Below the pieces are notes generated by a model that searched no databases, was not told where the DNA came from, and worked only from the letters and a program-made list of their open reading frames with translations. The position numbers and the translations under genes were made by a program. DNA of 64,000 nt. Origin: Candidatus Latescibacterota bacterium (lineage in GTDB: Bacteria; Latescibacterota; UBA2968; UBA8231). The stretch covers positions 96,001-160,000 of the forward strand of contig CBDCDC010000001.1 in NCBI GenBank assembly GCA_965215195.1, given 5' to 3'. Shown one piece after another: positions 36,178 through 46,081 of this stretch. How positions within the stretch are numbered: position 1 is the first letter of the stretch; each line of letters opens with the position of its first letter.

Positions 36178-36754
36178 ACGCGCCTTCGTCGCCGTCCAGC
36201 TACCGGCCGGGCTGGGCGAGCTGAGCGATGCGCTGCGACCGTTGTGGCCGGTGCGCGGTGTGGCTTGGGTGCGGCCGGAGAATCTCCATTTGACGCTGCG
36301 CTTTCTCGGGGCGGCCGAGGACGCACAAATCGCCGCGCTGAGGCAGGGACTGACGGCGCTTGCCGCCCGGCACGAGGGGTTTACTGCGGCTATACGGCAA
36401 AGCGGCTGCTTTCCCAATCGCCGCCGACCGAAGCTCATTTGGGCCGGCGTGGCGGACGCGGACGGACGATTGGGCGCGTTGCAACGGGATGTTGAAGCAG
36501 TGGTGTGCGCTGCTGGTTGGGCGCCGGAGGAACGGGCCTTCCGCCCGCACGTGACGCTGGGTCGGGTGCGGCCGGGGGTGCGGCCGCCAAGCAGCAAGTG
36601 GAGCGGCGACCTGCCGCGGTTGCAGGTTCCGGTGGAGGCAGTGGAACTCATCGAAAGCATCCTCAAGCCAACCGGGGCTGTGCATCGGCCCCTGCACCGA
36701 GCCGAGCTTGCAAAAGACAGTGATCAGTCCCCGTCCCCACTACCCTTGGGTTGA
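36167..36754 (+). CDS. thpR: RNA 2',3'-cyclic phosphodiesterase
   Basis: RAFVA, HLTLRFLG and PHVTLGR 2H motifs. Confidence 0.92.
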   Translation: MPVKRAFVAVQLPAGLGELSDALRPLWPVRGVAWVRPENLHLTLRFLGAAEDAQIAALRQGLTALAARHEGFTAAIRQSGCFPNRRRPKLIWAGVADADGRLGALQRDVEAVVCAAGWAPEERAFRPHVTLGRVRPGVRPPSSKWSGDLPRLQVPVEAVELIESILKPTGAVHRPLHRAELAKDSDQSPSPLPLG

Positions 36755-36761
36755 GACTAAC

Positions 36762-36884
36762 TAGAAGCTGTTTCAAAACTAGCGTCGGGCCGCATCATTC
36801 GCATGGAGCGTTTTTCATTGGGCGAGACGCCCTTGAGCCGACGCTTTTTTTCCTGCGTACCCCAGCGTTTTGGGACCACTTCTA
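36762..36884. mobile_element. Putative MITE (123 bp)
   Basis: Imperfect terminal inverted repeats TAGAAGCTGTTTCAAAAC / GTTTTGGGACCACTTCTA (14/18), internal hairpin, non-coding. Confidence 0.45.
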
Positions 36885-36908
36885 ACCACTAATTGTAAAG
36901 GAATTTCC

Positions 36909-37670
36909 ATGCCCGGCCGACCCTACATTCTCGCCGAGACCAATTGGCAGACCGTGGCGCAAACCCCTTACGAGGTGGCGATCCTCCCGTGGGGGGCTAC
37001 GGAAGCCCACAATTACCACCTGCCCTATTCGACCGACGTGGTGCAGTGCGACGAAATCGCCGCGGCCGCGGCCCGCATCGCTTGGGAGCAGCACGCCAAG
37101 GTCATCGTCTTGCCGACCGTGCCCTTTGGCGTCAACACCGGCCAACTCGACATCAAGCTGGACCTCAATCTCAATCCCTCAACTCAGTTCGCTGTCCTGC
37201 AGGACTTGGTCGAGGCGCTCGCCCATCAGGGCATTCCCAAACTGCTCATTGTAAACGGCCACGGCGGCAACGACTTCAAGCAGATGGTGCGGGAGCTTTT
37301 GCCGCGCTATGCGATTTTTATTTGCTGCACGGATTGGTACGGCATCGTCGATACGGGGCTTTTCGCGGCCGGCGGCGACCACGCCAACGAAATGGAAACC
37401 AGCCTCATGCAATACTTGCGGCCGGATTGGGTCTTGCCCCTGTCGGAGGCTGGCAGCGGTCGCGAGCACAAGTTTAAGCTCGCCGCGCTGCGGGAAGGCT
37501 GGGTCTGGACCCAGCGCGACTGGACGCAGGCGACCGACGACACCGGCATCGGCGACCCGCGCCAAGCCACCCCGGAAAAGGGCCGTCGCTGCTTGGAGCA
37601 AGTGGCCGCGCAACTCGCCGGATTTTTGGTCGAGCTAGCGGCCGCCGATCTAGACGACCTCTACGAATAG
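36909..37670 (+). CDS. Creatininase/creatinine amidohydrolase family protein
   Basis: GATEAHNYHLPYSTD, NGHGGN, DHANEMETS, GDPRQATPEKG. Confidence 0.92.
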   Translation: MPGRPYILAETNWQTVAQTPYEVAILPWGATEAHNYHLPYSTDVVQCDEIAAAAARIAWEQHAKVIVLPTVPFGVNTGQLDIKLDLNLNPSTQFAVLQDLVEALAHQGIPKLLIVNGHGGNDFKQMVRELLPRYAIFICCTDWYGIVDTGLFAAGGDHANEMETSLMQYLRPDWVLPLSEAGSGREHKFKLAALREGWVWTQRDWTQATDDTGIGDPRQATPEKGRRCLEQVAAQLAGFLVELAAADLDDLYE

Positions 37671-37674
37671 GGCC

Positions 37675-38733
37675 ATGCAGTTCTACGCTTTCGTCGCCCC
37701 CGGGCTAGAGGAGATCGCCCAACGAGAAATCGCCGCGCGCTTTGGGGGCCGGCCGCAGGGTCAGCAGCGCGGCGTAGTGTTCTTTGCGACGGACGCCCCG
37801 CCGCAAGCCTTGCTCGGGTTGGGGACGACCGAGGATGTATTCGCGCTGGTGGCTCGCGGTCCGGTGCCTGCGGCGCGCGAAGGCTTGGCGCAGGCCGGCG
37901 CACTCGTGGCCGAGTCGCCGCTTTTTGCGGACGCCGTGGGCGCGCAGCGCCGCGCTCGCCCCAAGCGGATCAAGCGCATCACCTACCGGATCGTGGCCCA
38001 GCGCCGCAGCGGGCAGCAGCACTATGCGCGCCAAGAGATGCGCCGCGCCTTGCAACGGGCCGTAGCGTGGCGCTTCCCGCGCTGGAAGTACGTGGCCGAG
38101 CACGCGCTGTTGGAGGTGTGGGGCTTGGAGGCCGCGGGCGAGCTGCTGTGCGGGGTGCGCCTTTCCGACGAGACCATGCGCCACCGCACCTACAAGGTCG
38201 CGCAAGTGGAGGCTTCGCTGCGGCCGACAGTGGCGCGGGCCTTAGTGATGCTATCCGAACCAGCGGACGGCGACGTCTTTCTCGACCCCATGTGCGGGGC
38301 CGGGACCATCCTCATCGAGCGGGGACTGTCCGGCCGCTACGCCCAGCTCTTGGGCGGCGACATTCACCCGGCCGCTGTGGCTGCTGTCCGCACGAACATC
38401 GGCCCGCGCTACAAGCCAATCGCCATCCGCCAATGGGATGCGCGGGATTTGCCCTTGGGCGACGGCAGCGTCGATCGGGTGGTGTGCAACCTGCCCTTTG
38501 GCAAAAAGATCGGCGAGCCGCAAGCGCTGCGCCCGCTCTACGAGGGCTTTGCCCGCGAGGTGACAAGAGTGCTAAAGGCCGGTGGAGTAGCCGTGTGCCT
38601 GACTAGCGAGCGCGCCCTGCTGGCCGAAGCATTCGGCGCGTGGCCGGATCTGTACATGGAGCGCGTGTATCCGGTTGAGGTGCTGGGGCAACGGGCGTTT
38701 TGTTGCAAATTGAAGAAACTCCCTGATCGTTAG
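37675..38733 (+). CDS. THUMP-type RNA methyltransferase (UPF0020-like)
   Basis: PGLEEIA, ASLRPTVA, LDPMCGAGTI, NLPFG. Confidence 0.87.
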   Translation: MQFYAFVAPGLEEIAQREIAARFGGRPQGQQRGVVFFATDAPPQALLGLGTTEDVFALVARGPVPAAREGLAQAGALVAESPLFADAVGAQRRARPKRIKRITYRIVAQRRSGQQHYARQEMRRALQRAVAWRFPRWKYVAEHALLEVWGLEAAGELLCGVRLSDETMRHRTYKVAQVEASLRPTVARALVMLSEPADGDVFLDPMCGAGTILIERGLSGRYAQLLGGDIHPAAVAAVRTNIGPRYKPIAIRQWDARDLPLGDGSVDRVVCNLPFGKKIGEPQALRPLYEGFAREVTRVLKAGGVAVCLTSERALLAEAFGAWPDLYMERVYPVEVLGQRAFCCKLKKLPDR

Positions 38734-38777
38734 ATCGGCGCATGAAACATTAACATTACAAACACGAGGAGATTGTC

Positions 38778-39566
38778 ATGGCTGATTTTACGGGCCAAGT
38801 AGTAATCGTAACCGGCGGTGCCAAGGGCATTGGCGCGGGGATTTCGCGGGCGTTCGCTGGCCAAGGGGCGCAGGTGGCAGCGTTGGACATAGACGCGGAG
38901 GCTGGCGCGGCCTTGGCCGCGGCAGAGGACCCGATCCGCTTTTTTGAGGCCGACGTGGCCAGCGACGCGGTCTGCGCCCAGACTGTGGGACAGATCATCG
39001 ACGATTGGGGCCGCATCGACGTGTTGTGCAACAACGTCGGCATCCAGCCCGTGCCCAGCTATCTGCCGGCCCACGAGCTGCCGGTGGAAATGTGGGACCG
39101 GATCATCGACGTCAACCTGAAGAGCTTCTTCCTCATGGCTAGGCACTGCCTGCCGCAGATGATGGAGCAGCGCAAGGGGGTCATCATCAACACGGCCAGC
39201 GTCCAGGGCTTGCAGTCGGCGTCAATGGTTTCGGCCTATGCCGCCAGCAAGGGCGGGATTATCTCGCTGACGCGGCAGCTCGCGCTCGACTACGCCCAGT
39301 ACGGGATTCGGGTTTTGGCGGTCAACCCAGGGGGCATTCAGACGCCGTTAGTCGATGAGGTGATCGAGGCATTCGGCCACGAGCGCGAGCAATTCTTCAA
39401 GGACTACGCCAAGATCCATCCGATTGGCCGCTACGGCCAGCCCGAGGACATTGCCAACGCCATGCTGTTCTTAGCCAGCGACAAGGCATCGTTTATGACC
39501 GGCGAAAACGTCTGCGTCGATGGCGGGCTGATGGCTAAGGGGGCGTGGGCTGAGGTCGAGGAGTGA
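38778..39566 (+). CDS. Short-chain dehydrogenase/reductase
   Basis: TGGAKGIG, NNVG, YAASK. Confidence 0.94.
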   Translation: MADFTGQVVIVTGGAKGIGAGISRAFAGQGAQVAALDIDAEAGAALAAAEDPIRFFEADVASDAVCAQTVGQIIDDWGRIDVLCNNVGIQPVPSYLPAHELPVEMWDRIIDVNLKSFFLMARHCLPQMMEQRKGVIINTASVQGLQSASMVSAYAASKGGIISLTRQLALDYAQYGIRVLAVNPGGIQTPLVDEVIEAFGHEREQFFKDYAKIHPIGRYGQPEDIANAMLFLASDKASFMTGENVCVDGGLMAKGAWAEVEE

Positions 39567-39580
39567 GAAAGCCGGGGGCG

Positions 39581-39750
39581 TTAGACTGCGACGACCCGCT
39601 GGTGCCCCTGGGCGTCTTCCGCTGGCGTAATGTGAATCTCGACATTGCGATTGAGCCGGTTCAGAAATGCAAACAGCCGTTCTACGCTGAAACGGTCAAA
39701 ATCCCCATTCTTCAGGCGCGACACGTCCTATGACTGATCACGGCGCAGAA
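39581..39750 (-). pseudogene. XRE/HigA-like HTH antitoxin remnant
   Basis: DQS*DVSRLKNGDFDRFSVERLFAFLNRLNRNVEIHITP; in-frame stop, 5' half missing. Confidence 0.7.
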
Positions 39751-39781
39751 GTCAACGCTTTTTCAGTTCAGAGGAACTGAT

Positions 39782-42700
39782 ATGCCCGGCCAATTGTTCA
39801 CCCATTATTTTTTGACCGACGGCATAAAGGCTACGGCTGAGTGGCAAGCGTCTCTCGCCCAGCCGGAGGCGTTTGCCGCGTTCAGAGATGGCGTTGCCCG
39901 GCAGCACGATGCTCTCAGCCGTTCCCAAGATCCCAACGAAGCTGTCACCGAGCAGGACTTGATCCGTCCGGTTTTGGAGTTGCTCGGCTGGGCTGATTAT
40001 TTGCCGCAGCAGGGCGTAGCGCGCAACGAGGATATTCCCGACCATCTGCTTTTCGCCGACGCCGACGCCAAGCAACGCGCCGCGGCCGAGCGCAATGCCG
40101 GAGATCGCTTTCGCTACGCGACAGTGGTCGAAGAGAGCAAGCGCTTTGGGCTTTCTCTTGACAGCCGGGACCAGAGCGACCGGGCGCAGCGTGGGACGCC
40201 GCACGGCCAAATTCTCCGATACTTGGCGACGGCTGAGATTGAGTCGGAGGGGCGCATTCGCTGGGGCATTCTCACCAATGGCGGCGTCTGGCGGCTCTAC
40301 GATTACTGCGCCCGGCCGCGTACCAGCGGCTATTTTGAAGCCGACCTGACCGCACTGCTCGCGCCCGGCAACGAAGACGAGCTCCGCGTCTTTCATTTGT
40401 TGTTCCGCCGCGAGTCCTTCGCGCTCCGGGACGGGGCCACGACCACGTTCCTCGAAGCGGCGTTGGCCGAGGGCCGCCGCTATGAGGAACAGGTCGCGCA
40501 GGACCTTTCGGGGGTGGTGTTTGAGCGCGTGTTTCCAAATCTCGTCAATGCGCTGGCCAAGGAGCGAGGAGGAAGCCTTGCCGAGAGCCGAGATGCGGCG
40601 CTGATCTTCCTCTATCGCTTGCTGTTTGTGCTCTACGCCGAAGACCGGGGCTTGCTGCCGGTCAACGATGCGCGGTACGACGACTATGGTTTGCGAAAGC
40701 GAGTGCGGGATGATGTCGCCCGGAGGATGGACCAGCAAGACACGTTTTCCAATCTGGCGACCAACTACTACGACCACCTGACGACCCTGTTCAAGCTCAT
40801 TGACAAGGGCGATGAGTCCATTGGTTTGCCACCCTACAACGGCGGGCTGTTCGCGACGGAAGCGGCTCCATTGCTTGAAAAGGTCCGCTTGGCTGACAAA
40901 GACATCGCGCCCATCATCCATGATCTGAGCCACGCAAAGGACCCGCAGGGCGTGCGCCGCTTCGTCAACTACCGCGACATGTCCGTGCAGCAGCTTGGCT
41001 CGATTTACGAGCGCCTGCTGGAGCGCGAGCCGGTGCGCGATGAGGGCAAAATTTCCATTCGTCCCAACCCGTATGCCCGCAAGGACAGCGGCAGTTTCTA
41101 TACCTCCCAAGAACTCGTCGATCTGATCGTCGAGCGGACCTTGAAGCCGCTGGCCGAAGAGCGGCTCAACGCCTTTAAGGAAAAAGCTGCCGCGCTCAAA
41201 AGCGCCCGCCGCTCCAAGGAGGAACGCCGGGCCGAGCTCGAGCAGTTCGACCCGGCCGAGGCTGTCTTGGACCTGAAGGTGCTGGACCCGGCCATGGGCA
41301 GCGGCCACTTCCTCGTCACGGCGGTGGACTTTCTGTCGGACTATATCGCCGAGTTAATCGAGCGCGTCCCCGCGGTTCCGAAATGGCTTGACGGCGAGTA
41401 CGCGTCGCCGCTGGTGGGGCGCGTGGCGGCGATTCGGGATGACATTCGCAAACGGGCCGCCGCATCGAACTGGGTCTTGGACGAGGCTCAGCTTACCGAC
41501 CAAGCCATTATCCGCCGCATGGTGCTCAAGCGCTGCATTTACGGGGTCGATAAGAATCGCCTGACGGTCGAGTTGGCCAAGGTGTCGCTGTGGCTGCACA
41601 GCTTTACGGTGGGCGCACCGCTGTCTTTCCTCGACCACCACTTGCGCTGCGGCGACTCGCTGGTCGGGCTGCGGGTGCGGGACGCCACGGATGAGTTGCA
41701 TCGGCTCGGCGGGATGTTTGCCGGTAGCGCCATTGCCGGGGCGGAGACGGCCACCGACGGGATGCAGCGCATCGAGGAGATGTCCGACGCCGACGTTTCC
41801 GAGGTGCAGGCGTCGGCCGCGCTGTTCGACGGGGTGGAGGAGACGACCGCCGACCTGCGCGGCTTGCTCGATTTTTTGTGCGGCTGGCGTTGGCGGATGG
41901 CGGGCATGAAGAAGAAAGAACGCGACGAATTTGAGGGGCCGCTGGTTGCGACGCTCGGCCAGCATACGGCGGATGCGTATCGGCTGCTGGCACGCGGGCC
42001 GGCGGAAATGGGCGTCTCCGAGGCCACGCGGTTTGCCGAATTGTGGCGCACGGCGCGAGCCATTGCCGACCGGGAGGGTTTCCTGCATTGGGAGGTGGCC
42101 TTTCCCGGGGTGTGGCATCGGTGGCAGGAAAGTCGTCCGCAAGGCGGCTTTGACGCGGTCATCGGCAATCCGCCGTGGGATCGCATCAAGCTGCAAGAGG
42201 TTGAGTGGTTTGCTACTCGCGCCCCGGAACTCGCTCTCGCACCGACAGCAGCGGCGCGGCGAAAGGGCATTCAGCGGCTGCGCGATCAGGGAGCACCCCT
42301 TGCGGCCGAGTTCGACGCGGCCAAGTCGCAGTCCGAAAGTCTGAGTCAAATGGTGCGCTCCGGTGGCGACTATCCGTTGCTCGGCGGCGGCGACATCAAT
42401 CTGTATTCGCTGTTCGTGGAAAGGGCCATGAGCCTGATTAAGCCCGATGGCTTTGTCGGCTTGCTGACGCCGTCGGGCATTTACGCGGACAAGACAGCGG
42501 CTAAGTTCTTCAAGGCCGTTTCCACCAAAGGCCGGGTGGGCGGTCTGTTTGATTTTGAGAACAAGAAAATTTTCTTCAAGGACATCCACGCTTCGTTCAA
42601 ATTCTGCGCTCTCATCTTAGGTGGCGAGGAGCGACGATTCAGAAAGACCAAGTGCGCCTTTTTCCTGCACGACACGAAAACGATCTATGACGAGGACCGC

Positions 42701-43792
42701 TGCTTTCCATTGGCACCGGACGACTTCGCCCGCGTGAATCCGAATACCGGCACCGCGCCCGTGTTCCGCAGCCGGCGAGACGCCGAGATCACTCGTGGAA
42801 TCTACGAACAGCATCCGGTGTTGGTGGATCGCTCCGGGGGCGAAGAGATGCGCGTGTGGCCGGTGAAATACGCTACGATGTTCCACATGGCGAATGATTC
42901 GCACCTCTTCAGGACTGCTGAACAGCTCGATGCGGCAGGTTTTTATCCCGTCGAGGGCAATCGCTGGAAGAAAGGTGAGGATCTCTATTTGCCGCTGTAC
43001 GAAGGCAAGATGGTGCAGGCATTCGACCATCGCGCCGCTAGCATCACCAACCGAGAAGGCAACTTGTTCCGACCGGGGCAGCCGGACAGAACCCTTGACG
43101 AAGAATACTGTGATCCGGCTTTCTCTCCTCGTCCGCGATATTGGGTCAGGCAGCAGGAGAGTGATGTTGTCCAGAGTTTGCACTGGCTCTTGGCGTTCAA
43201 AGACATTACGGCGTCAACCAATGTCCGCACCATGATCGCCGCTGTCGTTCCGCAAGTTGGATGTGGACACACATTGCCAGTCCTTGTTCCGGCCGAATGC
43301 GATTTCAACAGCGAGAGCGCGGCCGGCCTGCTGGCCAATCTCAACAGCTTCGTTTTCGATTATGTTGCACGTCAGAAAGTTCAGGCGACTCACCTCACTT
43401 GGTACATCGTCGAACAACTCCCGGTCATCGCCCCCGACGCTTACGACCGAAAATTCGGCTCTACAATCGCCCGCGACCTCGTCCGCGATCACGTCCTCCG
43501 CCTCACGTACACCGCCCACGACATGACCCCCTTCGCCCGCGACCTCGGCTACGACGGGCCGCCCTTCGTCTGGAACGAAGAGGAACGCCGCCACCTACGC
43601 GCCCGCCTCGACGCCCTCTATTTCCACCTCTACGGCCTGTCGCGGGACGACGCCGGGTACGTGCTCGACACCTTCCCAATCGTCCGCAAGGAAGACGAGG
43701 CCGCCTGCGGAAAATACCGCACCCGCGATATGACGCTGGCGTACATGAACGCGCTGGCGGCGGGGGATGCGGAAGCGGTGGTGGCGGTGTAG
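39782..43792 (+). CDS. Type IIG (Eco57I-like) fused restriction endonuclease / adenine methyltransferase
   Basis: N-terminal PD..EESK nuclease motif, WGILTNG, LGSIYERLL, GSFYT, DPAMGSG (motif I), GNPPW (motif IV), C-terminal target-recognition region. Confidence 0.9.
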   Translation: MPGQLFTHYFLTDGIKATAEWQASLAQPEAFAAFRDGVARQHDALSRSQDPNEAVTEQDLIRPVLELLGWADYLPQQGVARNEDIPDHLLFADADAKQRAAAERNAGDRFRYATVVEESKRFGLSLDSRDQSDRAQRGTPHGQILRYLATAEIESEGRIRWGILTNGGVWRLYDYCARPRTSGYFEADLTALLAPGNEDELRVFHLLFRRESFALRDGATTTFLEAALAEGRRYEEQVAQDLSGVVFERVFPNLVNALAKERGGSLAESRDAALIFLYRLLFVLYAEDRGLLPVNDARYDDYGLRKRVRDDVARRMDQQDTFSNLATNYYDHLTTLFKLIDKGDESIGLPPYNGGLFATEAAPLLEKVRLADKDIAPIIHDLSHAKDPQGVRRFVNYRDMSVQQLGSIYERLLEREPVRDEGKISIRPNPYARKDSGSFYTSQELVDLIVERTLKPLAEERLNAFKEKAAALKSARRSKEERRAELEQFDPAEAVLDLKVLDPAMGSGHFLVTAVDFLSDYIAELIERVPAVPKWLDGEYASPLVGRVAAIRDDIRKRAAASNWVLDEAQLTDQAIIRRMVLKRCIYGVDKNRLTVELAKVSLWLHSFTVGAPLSFLDHHLRCGDSLVGLRVRDATDELHRLGGMFAGSAIAGAETATDGMQRIEEMSDADVSEVQASAALFDGVEETTADLRGLLDFLCGWRWRMAGMKKKERDEFEGPLVATLGQHTADAYRLLARGPAEMGVSEATRFAELWRTARAIADREGFLHWEVAFPGVWHRWQESRPQGGFDAVIGNPPWDRIKLQEVEWFATRAPELALAPTAAARRKGIQRLRDQGAPLAAEFDAAKSQSESLSQMVRSGGDYPLLGGGDINLYSLFVERAMSLIKPDGFVGLLTPSGIYADKTAAKFFKAVSTKGRVGGLFDFENKKIFFKDIHASFKFCALILGGEERRFRKTKCAFFLHDTKTIYDEDRCFPLAPDDFARVNPNTGTAPVFRSRRDAEITRGIYEQHPVLVDRSGGEEMRVWPVKYATMFHMANDSHLFRTAEQLDAAGFYPVEGNRWKKGEDLYLPLYEGKMVQAFDHRAASITNREGNLFRPGQPDRTLDEEYCDPAFSPRPRYWVRQQESDVVQSLHWLLAFKDITASTNVRTMIAAVVPQVGCGHTLPVLVPAECDFNSESAAGLLANLNSFVFDYVARQKVQATHLTWYIVEQLPVIAPDAYDRKFGSTIARDLVRDHVLRLTYTAHDMTPFARDLGYDGPPFVWNEEERRHLRARLDALYFHLYGLSRDDAGYVLDTFPIVRKEDEAACGKYRTRDMTLAYMNALAAGDAEAVVAV

Positions 43793-43908
43793 ATTGGCGA
43801 CAGCGGCGGTGCTTAACAGGGTTTGAGTGATACGAGACGTTAAGCGTGACAGGCTTTCGGGGTGGGACAGTATCCATTTAACATTTGATGCAAAAGGAAG
43901 ATGGCTCA

Positions 43909-44070
43909 ATGAATACTACACAAGAGACAGAATTTGATTATCAAACGTATATGAAAGCACGAGGACCGAGCAAAATTAATCGTGGAACAAAGGCGCGTGA
44001 AAAACGACGCGAGGCCGCCAAAGCGCAGATTTCTCAAAAGCGGACCTATGCAGATTCCAAAGAGCCGTAA
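43909..44070 (+). pseudogene. Short basic ORF, probably a truncated gene abutting a TPR-like remnant
   Basis: RBS AAGGAAG; 53 aa; an overlapping frame reads KADLCRFQRAVNNYEKAIRLESKDA. Confidence 0.3.
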
Positions 44071-44241
44071 ACAACTACGAAAAAGCGATTCGCCTTGAAT
44101 CGAAGGACGCTGTTCAGCCGGCGAAGAGCAGGAGACATCTTATGGACGAGGACTATGTAAAAGAGATTTGACTTATTCCAAGATTCAGCGCTACACTCCG
44201 TCAGTTCAAAATTCTCGCCCGTGAAAGAAGGTACTAACGCC

Positions 44242-45384
44242 ATGTCCCAAGAACGACTCGACGACCGCCTGCATCTTCCAGACCTGTCGATAGAAGGGTT
44301 TCGGGGGATCAAGGAGCTTTCCATTGAGCGATTGGGCCGCGTGACCCTGCTAGCGGGCAAGAATAGCGTCGGCAAGACGACCGTTTTAGATGCCGTCCGA
44401 GTCTATGCGGCGTGCGGTAGCAATAACGTTTTGTCCGAACTACTGGAGAGCCGTGAAGAGATCTCTGCCGCTAGCGACGAAGATGGCGACAGTATAGAGG
44501 CACCTGATATTGCGGCCCTATTTCACGGACGGGATGCGTCGGGGCCCTGCATCTCGATCGGTCCAAAAAGCAACACAGATCAACTCCAGATTGAGTGGAC
44601 TACTCTGAGTGATGAACAGGCGTCTCGTCTCGAAAAAATTTTACCTCGCTCTATTACGAATGGTCATACTCAGGCATTAAGAATCGCATTTCAAGATGCT
44701 GAACAGGTCCTCCCATGGTTTCTCTCAATCTCAAAACTAGCTACGGACAAAAAGACATACCGATACGTACGGCATTTATTGGACGAAACCGAATCGCCAT
44801 CCCCAATAGTGTGTCATTCTTTGGGTCCGGATCTATTGAGCAACAACGAAATTGCACAGTTCTGGGACGCTATCGCACTGACGGATGATGAAGACCGAGC
44901 GGTGCAGGCTCTGAAACTAATCCTCGGCAACGAGGTGGATCGTGTGGCGGTGATCGGTGCCGACGGAGCACGTTACAGAAGGCGCGGTCGGCGCGTAGTC
45001 GTAAAGCTCCAGGGTCAAGCTCGTCCAGTCCCTTTGAAAAGTTTGGGCGATGGAGCACTGCGCCTATTCGGCGTTGCACTGGCGCAGGCCAATAGCCGGG
45101 ACGGTTTTCTACTCATCGACGAAGCCGAAAACGGCATTCACCATTCCGTGCAGCGCGATTTCTGGCGCATGGTTTTTAAGACTGCACACACAAACAACGC
45201 CCAAGTCATTGCGACGACGCACAGCTTTGACTGCGTACGCGGATTCGCACAAGCAGCAGTCGAGTACGAGGAGAGCGAAGGGGTGCTTGTGCGCATCGAA
45301 CGAAAAGATGAGGAGATGTGGGCGGTCGAGTACTCGGAAAGCGATCTCAGGATCGTCGCTGAACAACGTATTGAGGTGAGGTAG
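44242..45384 (+). CDS. ABC/AAA_15-AAA_21 type ATPase
   Basis: IEGFRGI, GKNSVGKTT, SLGDG signature, LLIDEAENGIH, ATTHS. Confidence 0.9.
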   Translation: MSQERLDDRLHLPDLSIEGFRGIKELSIERLGRVTLLAGKNSVGKTTVLDAVRVYAACGSNNVLSELLESREEISAASDEDGDSIEAPDIAALFHGRDASGPCISIGPKSNTDQLQIEWTTLSDEQASRLEKILPRSITNGHTQALRIAFQDAEQVLPWFLSISKLATDKKTYRYVRHLLDETESPSPIVCHSLGPDLLSNNEIAQFWDAIALTDDEDRAVQALKLILGNEVDRVAVIGADGARYRRRGRRVVVKLQGQARPVPLKSLGDGALRLFGVALAQANSRDGFLLIDEAENGIHHSVQRDFWRMVFKTAHTNNAQVIATTHSFDCVRGFAQAAVEYEESEGVLVRIERKDEEMWAVEYSESDLRIVAEQRIEVR

Positions 45385-45388
45385 TTGG

Positions 45389-46003
45389 ATGGATAATAAC
45401 GACCGCGTCCTCCTCGTTGAAGGACAAGACGACGAGCATGTTGTTCAACATCTTTGCCGCCGCAGCCAGCCAATATCGTCATTCCACATAGAGAATAAGC
45501 TCAACATTGATAATCTTCTTGACTCCATTAAACAGGAAGTCAGAGTTCCCAGCCGCAAAGCCGTCGGCATCCTCGTGGATGCGAATGACTGCTTGAATAG
45601 TCGCTGGCAGGCTGTAACCGATAGACTTGATCAGGCGGGTCTCGAGGTGCCTCATAGCCCTGAATTAGTTGGTACCATTATAGACGGCACTACCCGCACC
45701 CCTCGCGTCGGCATCTGGTTGATGCCCGACAACACATCGCCCGGCGAACTCGAAAATTTCGTCTCGAAGATGATTCCCGACGACGATCCGGTATGGCCAC
45801 GATCCCAGTGTTACATTGACGGTATTCCAAGGGACGACCGAAAGTTTATCGAGAAAAAGATAATGCGAGCCAAGGTCCACGCTTGGTTGGCGACGAGAAC
45901 GGAACCTAGGAAAATGGGGGCCGCCATTGGCGGACGAGATTTGCACGTGGATGGAACACTCAGCACAGCATTCGCTAATTGGCTACGGCAACTGTTCGAG
46001 TGA
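45389..46003 (+). CDS. DUF3226 TOPRIM-like protein
   Basis: LLVEGQDD, GILVDAND, IWLMPDN..PGELENF, KAKVHAWLA-like motif. Confidence 0.8.
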   Translation: MDNNDRVLLVEGQDDEHVVQHLCRRSQPISSFHIENKLNIDNLLDSIKQEVRVPSRKAVGILVDANDCLNSRWQAVTDRLDQAGLEVPHSPELVGTIIDGTTRTPRVGIWLMPDNTSPGELENFVSKMIPDDDPVWPRSQCYIDGIPRDDRKFIEKKIMRAKVHAWLATRTEPRKMGAAIGGRDLHVDGTLSTAFANWLRQLFE

Positions 46004-46081
46004 ATCGACTAATCACTTAGAAACGACAGAGCGGTACACTCGCTCCATGCCCAAACATTCGCAAGGTGCAGCCGGTTCTGG

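Noticed and set aside
39752-41308. Long antisense ORFs (also 41354-42589, 24883-26268 same-strand alternative frame, 27466-28647, 54507-55529)
   Set aside because: Shadow frames of GC-rich genes with no motifs or RBS.
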